This document shows, one piece after another, positions 27,503 through 37,827 of a DNA stretch of 64,000 nucleotides; positions within the stretch are counted from its first letter, which is position 1; every line of letters starts with the position of its first letter. The DNA is taken from sequence record DRR723986_33163. One strand, 5' to 3'. The translations under genes and the position numbers were made by a program. The notes beneath the pieces are model-generated. The model had not been told where the DNA came from. It was given only the letters and a program-made list of their open reading frames with translations, and did not search any database.

Positions 27503-30500
27503 ATGAAAGTAAAATTACTTTTACTCGTCCTCGTGATGAGTTCTTCCATCTTGTGGTCGCAATCTAAGGTGTTTTGGCAACAACAAAGTTTTAGTTCAAG
27601 CACGATCACAAAATCAAGCCATCAATCATTAAAAACTTATCAAACATTTACACTAAATGCTCAAGCCCTTAAGCAAATACTTGCAAATGCGCCACAAAGG
27701 AATTTTTCACAAAATGGTTCTAACCTTGTCTTGTCTTTTCCTAATTCTGAAGGTAAATTAGAACGCTTTGCTATTATGGAAGCATCCGTTATGCATCCCG
27801 ATTTACAAGCAAGATATCCTAATATTAGGTCTTATGTGGGTCAAGGAGTTGACGACGCAACATCTAGAATACGATTTAGCCTAACACCACAAGGGTTTAA
27901 CGGGATGATTTTGTCAGGAAATGGCCCAGGCACTTTTATCGAACCAATTGCGCGTAATTCAAACAACTACATTATTTTTAAAAGGCAAAATAGAGTTAAT
28001 TTTAATGATAATTTTGAATGCCAAGTTACAGCACAATTAAATGCTTCCATAAGTTCGGATGCTGGAATGAGAAATGCTGATGATTCTATATTAAGAACTT
28101 ACCGATTGGCCGTATCTACAACAGGTGAGTATACACAATATCATGGTGGTTCAGTATCTCAAGCGCTCGCGGCAATAAATACTACTATGACGCGTGTCAA
28201 TGGGCTTTTTGAAAATGATTTTAATGTAACAATGGTATTAATCCCTAATAATGATGCAATAATTTATACCAATGGTAATACTGACCCTTATTCTAACGGA
28301 AGTTATAACAATCAAGTGCAAAATGTCTTAACCAATATTATTGGTGAAGCTAACTACGATGTGGGTCATTTATTTGCAAGAGCTTCAGATAACGGAAATG
28401 CTGGCTGTATAGGATGTGTTTGTGTTAATGGACAAAAGGGAAGTGCATTTACTTCACGTTCTACGCCCGAAGGCGATCCATTTGACGTAGATTATGTAGC
28501 TCACGAATTAGGGCATCAATTTGGGGGGAACCATACATTTTCATTCAGAAATGAAGGAACTAATGCGCATTATGAACCCGGTAGTGGTTCTACAATTATG
28601 GGTTATGCGGGTATTACAGGATCAACTGATGTACAATCAGTGAGTGACCCTTATTTTCATTGGTATACAATTCAGCAGGTCACTAATTATGTTAAAACAA
28701 CAAGTTGTCAAGTTAATACAAATACCGGAAATTCAATTCCAACAGTAAGTGCGGGCCCTAATTTTACAATTCCGAGAGGAACACCTTTTGTCCTCGAGGG
28801 TACAGCAAGTGACAATGACATAGGAGATATTCTCACATATTGTTGGGAACAAGCGGATGAAAATGATGCTTCAACTACTTTTCCTTCTACTAATTCCACT
28901 TCAGGCGTATCCTTCAGGTCGTTTAATCCATCAACTGATAATAAACGTTATTTCCCGCGCCTTTCAACAATTAAATCTGGAGCTACAGCTTGGCAATGGG
29001 AGGCTATTCCAAATGTATCTAGGACACTCAATTTTAGACTTACCGTAAGAGATAATCGCGCAGGAGGAGCCACAAATAATAGTGACGATACTAGTATAAC
29101 AGTAAATGGTTCGGCCGGACCTTTTATTCTAAATTCACCAAACACCAATGTTACTTGGGATGCTGGTACAACAAGAACTGTAACATGGGATGTTGCTGGT
29201 ACAACAGGTAATGGTATAAATACTACTAATGTTGATATATTTTTATCAACAGATGGAGGTGACACATATCCTATTACACTTGCTACAGGAGTACCAAATG
29301 ATGGTTCTCATGATATTGTAGTACCTAATAATGAAGGGAATCAAAATAGGGTCATGGTTAAAGGCGCCAACAATATCTTTTTCGATATTTCTAACACCAA
29401 CTTTACAATTGGTCCACCGGTTGTATGTAATGCTAACATACCTACAGGATTAGTAGCATCAAATGTTGCAACTACAACGGCTACGTTAAGTTGGAATGCT
29501 GTACCTGGCGCGAGCTATGATTTAAGATTTAGAGAAGTAGGGACATCAACTTGGACAACCGAATCAGTTACAGGAATCTCTTCTTCATTATTAAGTCTAA
29601 CTGCATTGACACAATATGAAGCACAAGTAAGAAGTACGTGTTCTGGTGGTGCAACTTCAGCTTACAGTGGTTTAGTAAATTTCACTACTACAGATGTCCA
29701 ATTGAATTATTGTGATTCAGCAAGTACAAATGTTAATGACGAATATATCGGCAGACTTCAACTAAATACAATTGATAATTCATCTGGTGCACAATTTTAT
29801 TCAGATTTCACAAATATTTCAACTTCATTGACCAAAGGAACTCAATATTCTGTTACCATTACGCCTACTTGGACAGGTACAGTTTATAGCGAAGGATATT
29901 CCGTTTGGATTGATTATAACCGAGATGGAGATTTTTCTGATGCTGGCGAACAGGTTTTCACTCAAGCTCCGACACAGGCAACTCCTGTTAGTGGTAGCTT
30001 TACTGTACCCACAAATGCCGTTGAGAATTCTACAAGAATGCGAGTGACATTAAGCTATAACGCCAATGTTGGGCCTTGTGATTCATTTCAGTATGGGGAA
30101 GTTGAAGATTATACGATCATAATACAAGCGGCAGGTCCTGATGAAGAGGCCCCATCTTCTCCTACTGATTTAACAGCTTCAAATACTACAGAAACCAGTA
30201 CCGATTTGAATTGGACAGCTGCAACTGATAATGTTGGAGTTTCTAATTATGACGTTTATCAGGACGGTGTACAGATTGCAAATGTTATTGGTACGAGTGT
30301 ACAAGTAACAGGGCTTTCTGAAAGTACTACATACAGTTTTTATGTTATTGCTAATGATGCGGCAGGCAATAGTTCTCCACAAAGCAATATAGTTAATGAG
30401 ACTACGCTTTCAGCACCAACATGTAGTGATGGCATTCAAAACGGTGATGAGACTGGAGTAGATTGTGGTGGCTCATCTTGTGCACCATGCGCAACATCTA

Positions 30501-32773
30501 CTTTAAATGAAGGATTTTTTGAAACCGGATTAGATGGTTGGACAGACGGGGGTAATGATGTGGCGAGAGTTCAAACCACAAATTCTTATGAAGGGATATG
30601 GTCGATAAGGATACGAGATAATTCAGGAACAGCGTCTTCAATGACGTCACCAACATATAATCTCTCTGATTACGAAAGTGTTGAGATTAGCTTTTTCTAT
30701 TATCCTGTTAGTATGGAGAATGGCGAGGATTTTTGGTTACAATTTAATGATGGTTCTGGGTGGACAACGGTTGCTACGTATGTAAGTGGAACAGATTTTA
30801 CCAATGGCAATTTCTTTAATGATTCGGTTACCGTGACTAACTCGCAATTCTCATTTGGGCCAAGTGCACAGTTTAGATTACGCTGTGATGCTTCAGGTAA
30901 TAATGACCAGGTATATATAGATCAAGTGATAACCGTTGGTACGCTTTCTGGCTCAGATGTTATACCACCTGTTATCACACTGAACGGTGCATCTAACTTG
31001 GATTTAAACGTTGGAGATACTTATACAGAACAAGGTGCAACTGCCACTGACAATATAGATGGAGACCTTACGGGTTCAATCGTTATTGGTGGTGATGTAG
31101 TAAATACGTCAGTCACTGGTACATATTTGGTTACATATAATGTAAGTGATGCTGCAGGAAATGTTGCCAATGAGGTGGTCAGAACTGTTAATGTGATTCC
31201 AGATACTATGGCACCAGTAATCACTTTGAATGGAGCGGCAACAGTTAACTTAAATATTGGAGACACCTATACTGAATTGGGTGCAACGGCCACAGATAAT
31301 ATTGACGGAGATATTTCTGCTAATATTGTTATCGGTGGTGATGTAGTTGATGGTAATACAGCAGGTACATATTTAGTGACTTATAATGTAAGTGACGATG
31401 CTGGAAATGCTGCCACTGAGGTTGTAAGAACAGTCAATGTAATTCTTGATACCACAGCTCCAGTAATTACCTTAATAGGGGCTTCTAGTATAAGCTTAGA
31501 GTTAGGTGATTCATTCTCTGAACCAGGCGCAACAGCAACAGATAATGTCGATGGCGATATTACCGCAAATATAGTTGTTGGTGGTGATACTGTTGATTCA
31601 AATACAGCAGGAACTTATATCATAACCTATAATGTTACTGATGCTGCGGGCAATACTGCAACTCAAGTAACTAGAACAGTAACTGTAAATCCAGATACAA
31701 CGATACCAGTGATAACCTTAAATGGTTCATCTGTTATTGACTTGATTGAAGGAGATACCTATACCGAGTTAGGTGCTACAGCTACTGACAATATTGATGG
31801 AGATATCACGGCGAATATTGTTATTAGTGGTGACGTTGTAGATACTAACGCCGTTGGCACATATCTTATTATCTATAATGTTAGTGATGCCGCTGGGAAT
31901 GCCGCTAACGAAGTTACACGCACAATAAATGTCTCAGTTGCACCAACTTGTAATGATGGTATTCAAAACGGAGATGAAACTGGTATTGATTGTGGAGGTT
32001 CTTGCGTACCTTGTAGCCCAACTGATGTTATTCTAAATGAAGGGTATTTTGAAACTGGATTAGATAGTTGGATAGATGGGGGATCAGATTGTGCTAGACG
32101 TCTTGATGAAGTGGGATCATTTGAAGGACAATATTCAATTAGAATTAGAGACAATTCTGGAGTAGCTTCATCAATGACATTAAACAATATTGATGTAAGT
32201 TCATTTAGTACAATTGAAGTTGATTTTTATTTCTACGTAAGAAGTATGGAGAATGGGGAAGATTTCTGGCTTAGATTCTTTGATGGATCTTCTTGGTTTA
32301 CTGTGGAGACCTGGACAAGAGGTGTAAATATTAATAATAACACTTTCTACAATGCTACAGTTAGTATTACACCCTCCCAGTATAACTTCGCAGTAAATTC
32401 TGGATTTAGATTCCAATGCGATGCTTCAGGGAATAATGACCAGATATTTATAGATCAAGTGACAATTACTGGTTTAACGATTAGTTCCAGAGGGCGTAAG
32501 GATAAACTAGAAATTGTTGGATATGGAGAACCTGAAGAATTATCTGAATTTGATATTTCAATTTATCCTAACCCAGTTAAGGGTAATATAATGAATATTG
32601 AAGTTTCTGGAGTAGAGACCTTTAGTTATTCAATCATTGATATAGTTGGTAAGACAGTGCTTAAAGGTAAAACCGATGGTTCAATAAATGTTTCGAAATT
32701 AGATGGAGGTGTATATTTCATTAAAGTTAATGACGGTGATGAAATAATAACAAAGAAGTTTATTAAGAACTAA
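27503..32773 (+). CDS. T9SS-secreted reprolysin-like (M12B) zinc metalloprotease, multidomain
   Basis: HELGHQFGGNH zinc motif, EPGSGSTIMGY Met-turn, two FnIII, GEVED, two CxDGIQNGDETGxDCGG repeats, four DUF5011-like repeats, CTD IYPNPV...KKFIKN. Confidence 0.9.
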   Translation: MKVKLLLLVLVMSSSILWSQSKVFWQQQSFSSSTITKSSHQSLKTYQTFTLNAQALKQILANAPQRNFSQNGSNLVLSFPNSEGKLERFAIMEASVMHPDLQARYPNIRSYVGQGVDDATSRIRFSLTPQGFNGMILSGNGPGTFIEPIARNSNNYIIFKRQNRVNFNDNFECQVTAQLNASISSDAGMRNADDSILRTYRLAVSTTGEYTQYHGGSVSQALAAINTTMTRVNGLFENDFNVTMVLIPNNDAIIYTNGNTDPYSNGSYNNQVQNVLTNIIGEANYDVGHLFARASDNGNAGCIGCVCVNGQKGSAFTSRSTPEGDPFDVDYVAHELGHQFGGNHTFSFRNEGTNAHYEPGSGSTIMGYAGITGSTDVQSVSDPYFHWYTIQQVTNYVKTTSCQVNTNTGNSIPTVSAGPNFTIPRGTPFVLEGTASDNDIGDILTYCWEQADENDASTTFPSTNSTSGVSFRSFNPSTDNKRYFPRLSTIKSGATAWQWEAIPNVSRTLNFRLTVRDNRAGGATNNSDDTSITVNGSAGPFILNSPNTNVTWDAGTTRTVTWDVAGTTGNGINTTNVDIFLSTDGGDTYPITLATGVPNDGSHDIVVPNNEGNQNRVMVKGANNIFFDISNTNFTIGPPVVCNANIPTGLVASNVATTTATLSWNAVPGASYDLRFREVGTSTWTTESVTGISSSLLSLTALTQYEAQVRSTCSGGATSAYSGLVNFTTTDVQLNYCDSASTNVNDEYIGRLQLNTIDNSSGAQFYSDFTNISTSLTKGTQYSVTITPTWTGTVYSEGYSVWIDYNRDGDFSDAGEQVFTQAPTQATPVSGSFTVPTNAVENSTRMRVTLSYNANVGPCDSFQYGEVEDYTIIIQAAGPDEEAPSSPTDLTASNTTETSTDLNWTAATDNVGVSNYDVYQDGVQIANVIGTSVQVTGLSESTTYSFYVIANDAAGNSSPQSNIVNETTLSAPTCSDGIQNGDETGVDCGGSSCAPCATSTLNEGFFETGLDGWTDGGNDVARVQTTNSYEGIWSIRIRDNSGTASSMTSPTYNLSDYESVEISFFYYPVSMENGEDFWLQFNDGSGWTTVATYVSGTDFTNGNFFNDSVTVTNSQFSFGPSAQFRLRCDASGNNDQVYIDQVITVGTLSGSDVIPPVITLNGASNLDLNVGDTYTEQGATATDNIDGDLTGSIVIGGDVVNTSVTGTYLVTYNVSDAAGNVANEVVRTVNVIPDTMAPVITLNGAATVNLNIGDTYTELGATATDNIDGDISANIVIGGDVVDGNTAGTYLVTYNVSDDAGNAATEVVRTVNVILDTTAPVITLIGASSISLELGDSFSEPGATATDNVDGDITANIVVGGDTVDSNTAGTYIITYNVTDAAGNTATQVTRTVTVNPDTTIPVITLNGSSVIDLIEGDTYTELGATATDNIDGDITANIVISGDVVDTNAVGTYLIIYNVSDAAGNAANEVTRTINVSVAPTCNDGIQNGDETGIDCGGSCVPCSPTDVILNEGYFETGLDSWIDGGSDCARRLDEVGSFEGQYSIRIRDNSGVASSMTLNNIDVSSFSTIEVDFYFYVRSMENGEDFWLRFFDGSSWFTVETWTRGVNINNNTFYNATVSITPSQYNFAVNSGFRFQCDASGNNDQIFIDQVTITGLTISSRGRKDKLEIVGYGEPEELSEFDISIYPNPVKGNIMNIEVSGVETFSYSIIDIVGKTVLKGKTDGSINVSKLDGGVYFIKVNDGDEIITKKFIKN
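30956..31939 (+). repeat. Four tandem 246-bp (82-aa) DUF5011/Ig-like coding repeats
   Basis: Units begin at 30956, 31202, 31448 and 31694, each D..xPVITL.G...GATATDN.DGD...YNV.D.AGN.A..V.RT. Confidence 0.9.
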
Positions 32774-32788
32774 TAAATAATAACCCAA

Positions 32789-32823
32789 TAAAAAACCCAG
32801 AAGTGAATCTTTTGGGTTTTTTT
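32789..32823. terminator. Bidirectional terminator
   Basis: AAAAAACCCAGAAG-tgaat-CTTTTGGGTTTTTT. Confidence 0.8.
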
Positions 32824-33535
32824 ATATATGTTTTATTTCATTTTCATGAAGTAGTTCATCACCTCTAAGCCTTAATAAGATTTGAGCTACTGCAACAGTA
32901 TCTTTCTCACAGTATTTTATTATTCTATTTATATTTTCTTCTTGGTAATAAACACGATAGACTTCACTACCATCAATATCATCCTTTGGAGAAGGAATGC
33001 CTAAAACCTTGGTTAAAAGCTTAAGAGAGGTATAAGTTTTATAATCTCCAAATTTCCACAACTCAAGTGTATCTAAATGAGGTACTTCCCACGGTTTTTT
33101 TCCAAACAGGTTGAGTTTGTATGGTAATTCTATATTATGAATTATCATACGTCGTGCTATATATGGAAAATCGAATTCTTTACCATTATGAGCACATAAC
33201 AGATGTTTATTTTGACTAAAATGTGAAATTACCAGATCTTTAAAATCCTTCAATATTTTTATTTCATTACCATAAAATGAAGTCACTCTGAATGTCCTTA
33301 TATCACCTTCTAGTTTAAAATATCCGACAGATATACAAATGATTTTACCAAATTCAGCCCAAATGCCTGCTCTGTCATAAAACTCTTCTGCAGAAAATTC
33401 TTCCTTGCGTTGATACTTTGATTTTGCCTCCCATAATTCTCGTTTGGTATTATCTAAATCTGAAAACTGTTCAGTTTCAGGAACTGTTTCTATATCTAGA
33501 AATAATATGTTTTCTAAATTAAGTTTACTAATCAT
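32822..33535 (-). CDS. 3'-5' exonuclease (PolB exonuclease-like)
   Basis: LFLDIETVP (ExoI), HNGKEFDFPY (ExoII), YCEKD (ExoIII). Confidence 0.88.
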   Translation of the reverse strand: MISKLNLENILFLDIETVPETEQFSDLDNTKRELWEAKSKYQRKEEFSAEEFYDRAGIWAEFGKIICISVGYFKLEGDIRTFRVTSFYGNEIKILKDFKDLVISHFSQNKHLLCAHNGKEFDFPYIARRMIIHNIELPYKLNLFGKKPWEVPHLDTLELWKFGDYKTYTSLKLLTKVLGIPSPKDDIDGSEVYRVYYQEENINRIIKYCEKDTVAVAQILLRLRGDELLHENEIKHI

Positions 33536-34685
33536 AACCTAACATTTCATAAGCCTCATCAATATATAAAATAATATCATTAGTATAAATACCATCACTA
33601 GAAAAACTTGGTGATTTTTGATGCCCAAGTCTTACAATTATTACGTTATCTTCTGGTTGAACTATAACATATTGTCCTAAGTGACCACGCATCATAAAGA
33701 AGTTTTTACCAAGTTGATTGTGCAGCCACCAGCCGTAACCATATTCAGGACTTTCTTTAAATCTTGGCTTTACCGACATAGCCACATAACTCGAATCCAA
33801 TATTTGTTTACCATTCCATTTCCCATTATTTTTGAATAGTTTTCCATAGCGCGCAAAATCCTTGGCATTGCTGGCAATACAGCAGTAAGCTTTTACTAAA
33901 TCATGGTCTTCGCTATCAACCTGCCAAAGCGTTTCATTTTCTGCACCAAGCGGTTTCCAGAAGCTTTCTTCAAAATAATCATATAGTTTTTTACCACTTG
34001 CTTTTTCAATAACCATAGCTAGCATCTGTGTGTCTCCACTTGCATATTTAAATGCTTTTCCTGGTTCAGTTTCTATTTTTAAACCATTCATAACTTTGGC
34101 TAAATCATCATCAAAATAAGCTCTTGTTGTAATAGATAAAGGTGAATAATAAGCTTCATCCCAGTTGGTGCCAGACGCCATACTACTTAAATCACCAACC
34201 GTCATTTTTGCTGCTTTATCATCACAAAATGCAGGCAAAAAATCACAAACAGGCTGATCTACACTTTTAATGTATCCATCTTGAATGGCCTTAAACATTA
34301 AGCCAGAGACATAGCTTTTTGCCATTGAAAAACTATTAGATTTTGAATCTTCATCAAAACCATCATAGTATTCTTCAAACCAAATACTATCATTTTTAAT
34401 AATCAAATATGCCACAGTTCCCCAATCTTTGTTAGCTAGATTTAAAGGTTCTGCAGGTTTTACAGAATTATAAGCTTTATGATTTGGCCAAGGTTGAGGT
34501 GTGGCGACATCAATGTCTTGATTATCAAACTCTTTATAATCTTCTAAAAAGGCTGTGGTGTGACCTTTCATATAAATCGTTCTTACGGCTTTTAGAAGGT
34601 AATCCGTGTCAGTGATATACAGTACTATTATTAATAATCCAAAAAAGATAATTAGAAATCTAAGCAGTTTTTTTAAAAATTTCAT
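33528..34685 (-). CDS. Serine hydrolase, beta-lactamase (AmpC-like) family
   Basis: SFSMAKS (SxxK), FKYASGDT, YGYGWW, RGHLGQY. Confidence 0.85.
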   Translation of the reverse strand: MKFLKKLLRFLIIFFGLLIIVLYITDTDYLLKAVRTIYMKGHTTAFLEDYKEFDNQDIDVATPQPWPNHKAYNSVKPAEPLNLANKDWGTVAYLIIKNDSIWFEEYYDGFDEDSKSNSFSMAKSYVSGLMFKAIQDGYIKSVDQPVCDFLPAFCDDKAAKMTVGDLSSMASGTNWDEAYYSPLSITTRAYFDDDLAKVMNGLKIETEPGKAFKYASGDTQMLAMVIEKASGKKLYDYFEESFWKPLGAENETLWQVDSEDHDLVKAYCCIASNAKDFARYGKLFKNNGKWNGKQILDSSYVAMSVKPRFKESPEYGYGWWLHNQLGKNFFMMRGHLGQYVIVQPEDNVIIVRLGHQKSPSFSSDGIYTNDIILYIDEAYEMLGYD

Positions 34686-34692
34686 TTCCTAT

Positions 34693-35214
34693 TTAATTAG
34701 ATGATTTACGTTTTTTAAGCTTTTCTTTATAGAAGTTTTTATCTGCTATGTATAGTGTTTTATTAAATGTAGCAATAATATTCTCATTCTCATCTACTAG
34801 ATTCATAGATTTTGAAATATCAGTTTCATTATTATTAGCTACATTTTCTTTAATTGTTTCAACTTCTTTTTTTGTAAACACAAACTCACCGAATATGGTA
34901 GATTTAGCAGGTTTTTTATAACGTGCTTCTACGGCTTTATCCCAAACGACATAATCATCTCCAAGAATTTGAATTAACTGTATCATATAAATTGGGTCTG
35001 TAGCAGCCAACATACTGCCACCAAAAATTGAGCCGGCATAATTGCGATTTTTCCAGTTTAGTTTTAATCTAATTTTTACATAATACAAGTCATCACTTAC
35101 TTCAATTAGTTTTGCAGTTGTACGCTTATACATAGGTGACCAATTGAAACCATATTTATAAATAGTAGATACTTTTACATATCGTTTTAAAAATTCTGTA
35201 CCAGACTTATACAT
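34693..35214 (-). CDS. DUF4442 hotdog-fold protein
   Basis: NRNYAGSIFGGSM...DPIYM...LGDDYVVWDK. Confidence 0.8.
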   Translation of the reverse strand: MYKSGTEFLKRYVKVSTIYKYGFNWSPMYKRTTAKLIEVSDDLYYVKIRLKLNWKNRNYAGSIFGGSMLAATDPIYMIQLIQILGDDYVVWDKAVEARYKKPAKSTIFGEFVFTKKEVETIKENVANNNETDISKSMNLVDENENIIATFNKTLYIADKNFYKEKLKKRKSSN

Positions 35215-35687
35215 TAAAAGAGTGTTTGCTGTTTGTATGTACTTTCATGATTTACTTACCATTGTTTTCTATGAAGCCCGCCAGCATAACCTGTTAGGCT
35301 GCCATCGCTACCAATTACTCTATGACATGGTACAATGATCCAAAGCGGGTTTTTACCATTTGCGCTTGCAGCTGCTCTAATAACTTTTGGGTCACTTAAT
35401 TGTTTTGCTAAATCTAAATATGAAATGATTTTGCTGTAAGGAATTGTCTCTAATTTCTTCCATACTTTTTTTTGAAACGAAGTACCTTGTGGATTTAATT
35501 TTAGGTCAAAGCTCTTTCTTTTATTATAAAAGTAGGCTTTTAGTTGTGTTACACAATCTAATAGTGATTCAGGTATGACCGAAAATAACTCCTGTTCTGT
35601 ATCTAATATTGAAACTGAAGCTATACCATTGTCATCACCAATAATTTTAGCACACCCAAGAGGTGTTTCAATATAACAAGTCTGCAT
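35214..35687 (-). pseudogene. ogt: Methylated-DNA--protein-cysteine methyltransferase with a nonsense mutation near the C-terminus
   Basis: GTSFQKKVW, IPY, RAAASANGKNP, PCHRV active site; TAA at 35256-35258 is followed in frame by VNHESTYKQQTLF and a TAA that overlaps the next ATG. Confidence 0.75.
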
Positions 35688-36805
35688 TAATTTTCAGGAT
35701 TATCTTCTTCTATGATTCCTAATCTTTTAGCTCTACTTTCCCAACTTTTTCTAGCGAGTAATTGTAAGTCGGATACATTATCACTTTCGTCCATAATTTC
35801 TAAGCCAAGAAGTGTTTCAATAACATCTTCCATAGTTACAAGACCACTTACTGAACCATATTCATCTACTACTAAAGCCAGATGATTACGACTTTCAACT
35901 AATTGTTCAAATAAGGTTGGTATTGGTAAATTTCTACTTACAATAATTATGTTTCTTTTAATTTCAGAAATTGGTTTAGATCCTTTGCCTAGAGCCATCT
36001 CCTTAAAGACTTCGGCTTTTAAAACTAATCCTGTAATATTATCTGGGTCGTTCGTGTAAACAGGAATTCGTGAAAAACGAATATTAGAATTAGATTCAAA
36101 AAATTCCTGTATTGTCATACTTTCATTTTCAGTTTTCATTACAGTACGCGGAGTCATAACATCTTTGGCTCTTACTTCTTTAAAATTGAGTAGATTTTTA
36201 ATGACTTTACTTTCGTTTTCTTCAAAAACACCTTCTTCATGTGCTATTTCTGTCATAGCCACAAACCCTTCTCTACTAAGCACACTACCGTGACCTTTGC
36301 CTCCGATTAACTTTGTGGTTAATTGAAGTAGCCATAAAATACCAGTCCATTTTAATGGAAAAATTAAGACGTTTAAGGCCTTTGCAGTAAAATTTGCAAG
36401 TTGTTTCCAGAAGGTTGCACCGATTGTTTTTGGGATAATCTCAGATGCGACCAAAATTAAAATTGTCATTACTGTAGAAACTACACCAACCATTAAATCC
36501 TCAGTGAACTCAATACCAAGAATAGATCTTTTTGTAGTTCCATAAAGTTCTGCATAGGCAACCTTTGCTTGTACACCAACTAAAATTGCACCAACAGTAT
36601 GCGCAATTGTATTTAAGGTTAAAATGGCAATAAGAGGTCTATCAACATCTTTTTTGAGATCTTCTAAATCATTGGCATAGGATTTACCTTCCTTCTTTTT
36701 AACATTTATAAAAGTAGGAGTAATGCTCAATAATACAGCCTCTAAAATAGAACACAGAAAGGAAAAGAAAATTGATATAACAGCGTAAAAAATGAGTAAG
36801 CCCAT
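35687..36805 (-). CDS. CNNM (DUF21) plus CBS-domain membrane protein
   Basis: SFLCSILEA, ILTLNTIAHT, SEIIPK, VMTPR, FSRIPVY, VVDEYG...GLVTMEDVIE. Confidence 0.9.
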   Translation of the reverse strand: MGLLIFYAVISIFFSFLCSILEAVLLSITPTFINVKKKEGKSYANDLEDLKKDVDRPLIAILTLNTIAHTVGAILVGVQAKVAYAELYGTTKRSILGIEFTEDLMVGVVSTVMTILILVASEIIPKTIGATFWKQLANFTAKALNVLIFPLKWTGILWLLQLTTKLIGGKGHGSVLSREGFVAMTEIAHEEGVFEENESKVIKNLLNFKEVRAKDVMTPRTVMKTENESMTIQEFFESNSNIRFSRIPVYTNDPDNITGLVLKAEVFKEMALGKGSKPISEIKRNIIIVSRNLPIPTLFEQLVESRNHLALVVDEYGSVSGLVTMEDVIETLLGLEIMDESDNVSDLQLLARKSWESRAKRLGIIEEDNPEN

Positions 36806-36835
36806 TAATGGTATTGTAGTTTAGTTATTGCGAAG

Positions 36836-37825
36836 TTACGAAATCAATTTTACAACATCTTTAGCAAAATAAGATGCGATGATATCAGCTCCTGCGCGTT
36901 TAATAGCCGTTACTTGTTCTAACATAACAGAATCGTGGTCTAACCAACCTTTTTCAGCAGCAGCTTTTAACATGGCATATTCACCAGATACCTGGTAAAC
37001 AGCAATAGGAATTTCAAAATTATTTCTAATATCACAAACAATATCCAAATAGCATAAACCAGGTTTAACCATTACGATATCAGCGCCTTCATTAATATCC
37101 ATTTCTGTTTCTCTAATGGCTTCATCTCTATTGGCAAAATCCATTTGATAGGTCTTTTTGTCTTTTGGAACATCAACCATATTTACCGGAGCAGAGTCTA
37201 AGGCATCTCTAAAAGGCCCATAAAAAGCAGAAGCATATTTAGCTGAGTAACTCATTATACCAACATCAATTAAGTTAGACTGATCTAGAGCTTCTCTAAT
37301 ACCTAGAATTCTTCCATCCATCATATCACTTGGCGCTACAAAATCGGCACCTGCTTCCGCATGAGAAATACTCATTTCAGCTAACACCTCAACGGTTGCA
37401 TCATTTATAATTTTACCTCCTTCTACAATGCCATCGTGTCCATAAGCAGAAAACGGATCTAAAGCCACATCTGTCATTACTAACATATCCGGACAAACAT
37501 CCTTTACCGTTTTTATAGCACGTTGCATCAAACCATTTGGATTTAAGGCTTCAGTGCCTTTATTATCTTTTAAGTTATCATCGACTTTTACAAAAAGTAA
37601 AACTGATTTTAAACCTAATTTCCAAAGTGATTTAACTTCGTCTTTTAACTCATCTAAACTGTAACGATAGTAGTTGGGCATGGAGGTAATTTCTTCTTTT
37701 ATACCTTTACCTTCAACAATAAAAAGTGGTACTAAAAAGTCGTTCGGTGAGATGATGGTTTCTCTTACTAAACTTCTTAAAGCTTCGCTTGTTCGTAATC
37801 GTCTATTTCTTCTAATTGGAAACAT
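36836..37825 (-). CDS. hemB: Porphobilinogen synthase
   Basis: DVALDPFSAYGHDG, APSDMMDGR, YSAKYASAFYGPFRDA, MVKPG, YQVSGEY. Confidence 0.97.
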   Translation of the reverse strand: MFPIRRNRRLRTSEALRSLVRETIISPNDFLVPLFIVEGKGIKEEITSMPNYYRYSLDELKDEVKSLWKLGLKSVLLFVKVDDNLKDNKGTEALNPNGLMQRAIKTVKDVCPDMLVMTDVALDPFSAYGHDGIVEGGKIINDATVEVLAEMSISHAEAGADFVAPSDMMDGRILGIREALDQSNLIDVGIMSYSAKYASAFYGPFRDALDSAPVNMVDVPKDKKTYQMDFANRDEAIRETEMDINEGADIVMVKPGLCYLDIVCDIRNNFEIPIAVYQVSGEYAMLKAAAEKGWLDHDSVMLEQVTAIKRAGADIIASYFAKDVVKLIS

Positions 37826-37827
37826 AT

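Noticed and set aside
30956-31939. CRISPR-like or non-coding tandem array
   Set aside because: The units are in-frame 82-aa protein repeats with synonymous divergence and no spacers; no cas genes
5676-35258. Stop-codon reassignment or programmed read-through explaining the in-frame stops
   Set aside because: The internal stops include TAG, TGA and TAA and occur only in a few dispensable genes, while TAG and TAA terminate intact core genes normally (for example dprA and trpS end in TAG)
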